Shown in pieces: positions 7,835 through 10,324 of a stretch of DNA of 10,324 nucleotides. Source of the stretch: Octopus sinensis. Taxonomy: Eukaryota. Position numbers and translations under genes: made by a program. The notes beneath the pieces were generated by a model. The model ran no database searches. It saw only the letters and a program-made list of their open reading frames with translations, and was not told the origin of the DNA. Numbering within the stretch: the first letter of the stretch is position 1; every line of letters begins with the position of its first letter. Location: NCBI RefSeq assembly GCF_006345805.1, contig NW_021827445.1, forward strand, positions 1-10,324, given 5' to 3'.

Positions 7835-8134
7835 TATATTGTTAAGTGATGTGGAAACACCCACACATACACACACACGTACACACACACACACGTACAC
7901 TTGTATTCATGCATAAACACGTACGTACACATGTACACGTATATATACTCAGGCATATATACATAGATGCAAACGCAAGAGCTCCCACACAACCTCCATC
8001 TACCAAACTCACTCACAAGGTATTGGTCGGCCCGAAATTATAGTAGAAGATACTTGCCTAAGGTTTTGCACAGTCGGGATTGAACCCGAAATCACATGTA
8101 TGTGGAACTAACTTGTAGCTAATCACACAGCCAC
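7835..8134 (-). mobile_element. tRNA-derived SINE copy 3 (head, body, central TG/TA microsatellite, short remnant)
   Basis: The minus strand reads GTGGCTGTGTGATTAG (A-box-like), GGTTCAATCCC (B box, 8076-8086), CCTTAGGCAAGTATCTTCTACTATA...GGGCCGACCAATACCTTGTGAGTGAGTTTGGTAGATGG, aligning to 72-210. The microsatellite spans ~7861-7967. Confidence 0.85.
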
Positions 8135-8612
8135 AATATTAACTAACCACTTCAATTTCTTTTTCAAATACATGACTCTCATAAAGAGTTAATTTGATGG
8201 AATTTCAGTAATAGTCAGAAATTTAGTAAGGATCTTTGATATAATTCCCAGTATTTTCAAACAATATTTTAATAAATTGTTTTCTGCTCGTATGCATTTT
8301 ACGGGTCAGCTAGCACGCACCGTCAGAAGCGAGGTCCACGCGAGACTTTCGTTCTCGTTTACCGCCCATCATACAATGAAAATTGTCGGTGAAGCGAACA
8401 GTACTCTATTATATGTAATAAATACGTACGATCAGAATATATTATTGAATCAGGTAACTTGGCGCCATGCTGCGAAAGGGAGAACGTCGAGTATGAAAAA
8501 AAAATGTAGTTTGTACTGTTGGCTGGTATTTCAGGGGTATTAGAATGTTGTGTTTAGGAGGTCGAGGTTGCATGTAGAGGCTCTCTCGTGGGCTCATGCA
8601 TGCGCGCGCACA

Positions 8613-8841
8613 GAGTAATACCACGCCATATCGCGGTTCACTTATCGCGTTTTATTATTTAAGCTTACGTCGGATTCCTCCGTGGTGTTATATTTGTACT
8701 TATAAATAAATACAAATTATAAAAATGAAAAAAACAACAAAACAAAAAAGATATGCAGCACAGTACTGTTTCTACTTCATGGATTTTCACCGAGCGCGGG
8801 GGTTTGGTAACGTAGCAGCCGCAATAGTCGAGGGATTACTG
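8613..8841. mobile_element. Tigger/pogo-type MITE (~229 bp)
   Basis: Left GAGTAATACCACGCCATATCGCGG (8613-8636) versus the reverse complement of the right end CAGTAATCCCTCGACTATTGCGG (8819-8841): about 18/24. ATCGCG subterminal repeats, AT-rich non-coding interior. CAGT..CCCTCG termini are typical of Tigger elements. Confidence 0.72.
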
Positions 8842-8882
8842 TTCATTTGTGTGTGTGATAATATATATATATATTATATATA

Positions 8883-10146
8883 CGAGGGGCGTTCAATAAG
8901 TAATGCCCCTGACCCCACTTCCCATAGCAGTAGAGCAACGACGAAACTTGGCACAGTTATTAGTCTTTTTCTACATAGGAACCACCCAGAGTTACGCAAT
9001 TCTCCCATTGTTTGATGCAGCTCTGGAGACCGTTTTTGTAGAAGACCCCAGCTTGGTCCTCCAACCTGAACGTGACTTCAGAAATCAAGGCTGCATCATC
9101 TGGGAAACGCTTTCCTTTCAAAAACAACTTCATGACTGGGAAGAGGTGAAAATCAGAGGGTGCAAGGTCAGGAAAGTAGGGGGATGGGGAAGGAGTTCAT
9201 AGCCATACGCCTGTGCTTCTGATCTGGCGACAAGCGAGTTGTGGACCAGAGCGTTGTCCTGCAGGAGGAGGATGCCTTTGCTGATCTTGCCCCGCCTCTT
9301 GATTTTGATAACTTCTCTTAATTTCCTCAAAAGTGAAGCATAATAGGCTCCTGCAATTGTGGTACACTTTGCCAGGAAATCTGTCATCACTACTCCGTCC
9401 TGGTCCCAGAAGACTGTGAGCATGACCTTGCCAGCGGAGGGCTGCACCATTGCCTTCTTTGGAGGGGGTGAGTCACGGTGTTTCCACTGCATTGACTGGG
9501 CTTTGGTCTCTGGATATCGTAATGGACCCAGGTTGAATCCTTGTGTAATCAGTCTTTTGAAAATTTTGACTCATCTTCTTGGCACATCTCCAAATTCACC
9601 CTCGAGCACTCGACGCATTCTTGCTTCTCGACGCGTGAGCAACCTGGGAATCCATCTGGCAGAAACCTTTGCATATGCAAATGGTCATGAATGATAGTTT
9701 CCACAGACCCGTACTAATCTTGACCTCAAGGGCTATTTGCCAATAATTATGCGTCGGTCTTCCAAAATGGCAGCCTCAACTTGAAGGACAGATGCCTCAT
9801 CAATGGCAGAAGGGGCGACCAGAATTCATGTTTGAATTCACGATGCCAGCGTTTTACAAGGTCATATGATGGGGCATCATCACCATAAGTTACTTTCATT
9901 TCATCAAAGGTCTCCCGTGGTGTGCGTCCTTTCAAATAAAAAACCGGATCACTGCTCGACACTCAAAAGGCTCCATTTCACACTTGACTCGGTTCAAACA
10001 CATGTAAATAAGAAAACCAACAATTAATTCAGAGCTGTAATTTGCCACTTAATCTATAGAGATATAAATAATTGCACATGCAAAATTTCAGCTAGATAAA
10101 ACAATTGCAAGTGGGTCAGAGGCATTACTTATTGGAACGTCCCTCG
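8883..10146 (-). mobile_element. Full-length mariner element (1264 bp) with ~38-bp TIRs and TA target duplication
   Basis: TA|CGAGGGGCGTTCAATAAGTAATGCCCCTGACCCCACTT...AAGTGGGTCAGAGGCATTACTTATTGGAACGTCCCTCG|TA. The TIRs differ by 2 substitutions and 2 indels. (TA)n flanks both sides. Confidence 0.96.
8960..9976 (-). pseudogene. Mariner DD34D transposase, frameshifted
   Basis: ATG at 9976: MEPFECRAVIR..LKGRTPRETFDEMKVTYGDDAPSYDLVKRWHREFK, ARWIPRLL, DSTWVHY, SAGKVMLTVFWDQDGV, LLQDNALVH, PDLAPSDFHLF, ...GGSYVEKD* (TAA 8960-8962). D-34-D spacing holds after repairing one frameshift. Confidence 0.95.
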
Positions 10147-10324
10147 TATATATATATATAATATATATATTATATATATATATATACATGCATACATACA
10201 TAACTTACATAATATATATAATATATATTATATATATATATATGTACACATTCATATATGCATATACACGCATATATATACACAACACACACACACACAC
10301 ACACCACACATATATTATATATAT
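10147..10324. repeat. Compound (TA)n/(TACA)n/(CA)n microsatellite
   Basis: Low-complexity TA and CA runs to the window end. Confidence 0.95.

Noticed and set aside
7695-7916. ORF containing SYLDRV and VGDF, resembling LINE endonuclease motifs
   Set aside because: The motifs are in the wrong order, on the opposite strand to the adjacent L1 relic, and lack other supporting motifs; probably chance.
1-10324. CRISPR array, prokaryotic operon or host protein-coding gene
   Set aside because: No repeat-spacer structure. Every ORF with recognisable motifs is TE-derived and the rest are short antisense or low-complexity frames. Small host exons cannot be excluded without RNA data.

Overview
AT-rich, repeat-saturated eukaryotic DNA with no recognisable host gene. 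The SINE family and microsatellite style resemble octopus/coleoid cephalopod DNA (my recognition, not a database result). Almost the whole window is decayed mobile elements: three copies of one tRNA-derived SINE, a 5'-truncated CR1/L2-type LINE, an internally deleted L1/Tx1-type LINE, three unrelated mariner relics (two near full length with TIRs), an internally deleted pogo/Tigger element, a Tigger-type MITE and many microsatellites. The standout is a ~500-bp non-coding insert (962-1470) holding a ~147-nt structured RNA domain (1249-1395). It contains every hammerhead ribozyme core element (NUH site, CUGAUGA, GAAA, stems I-III) but in a non-circularly permuted, pseudoknotted order.
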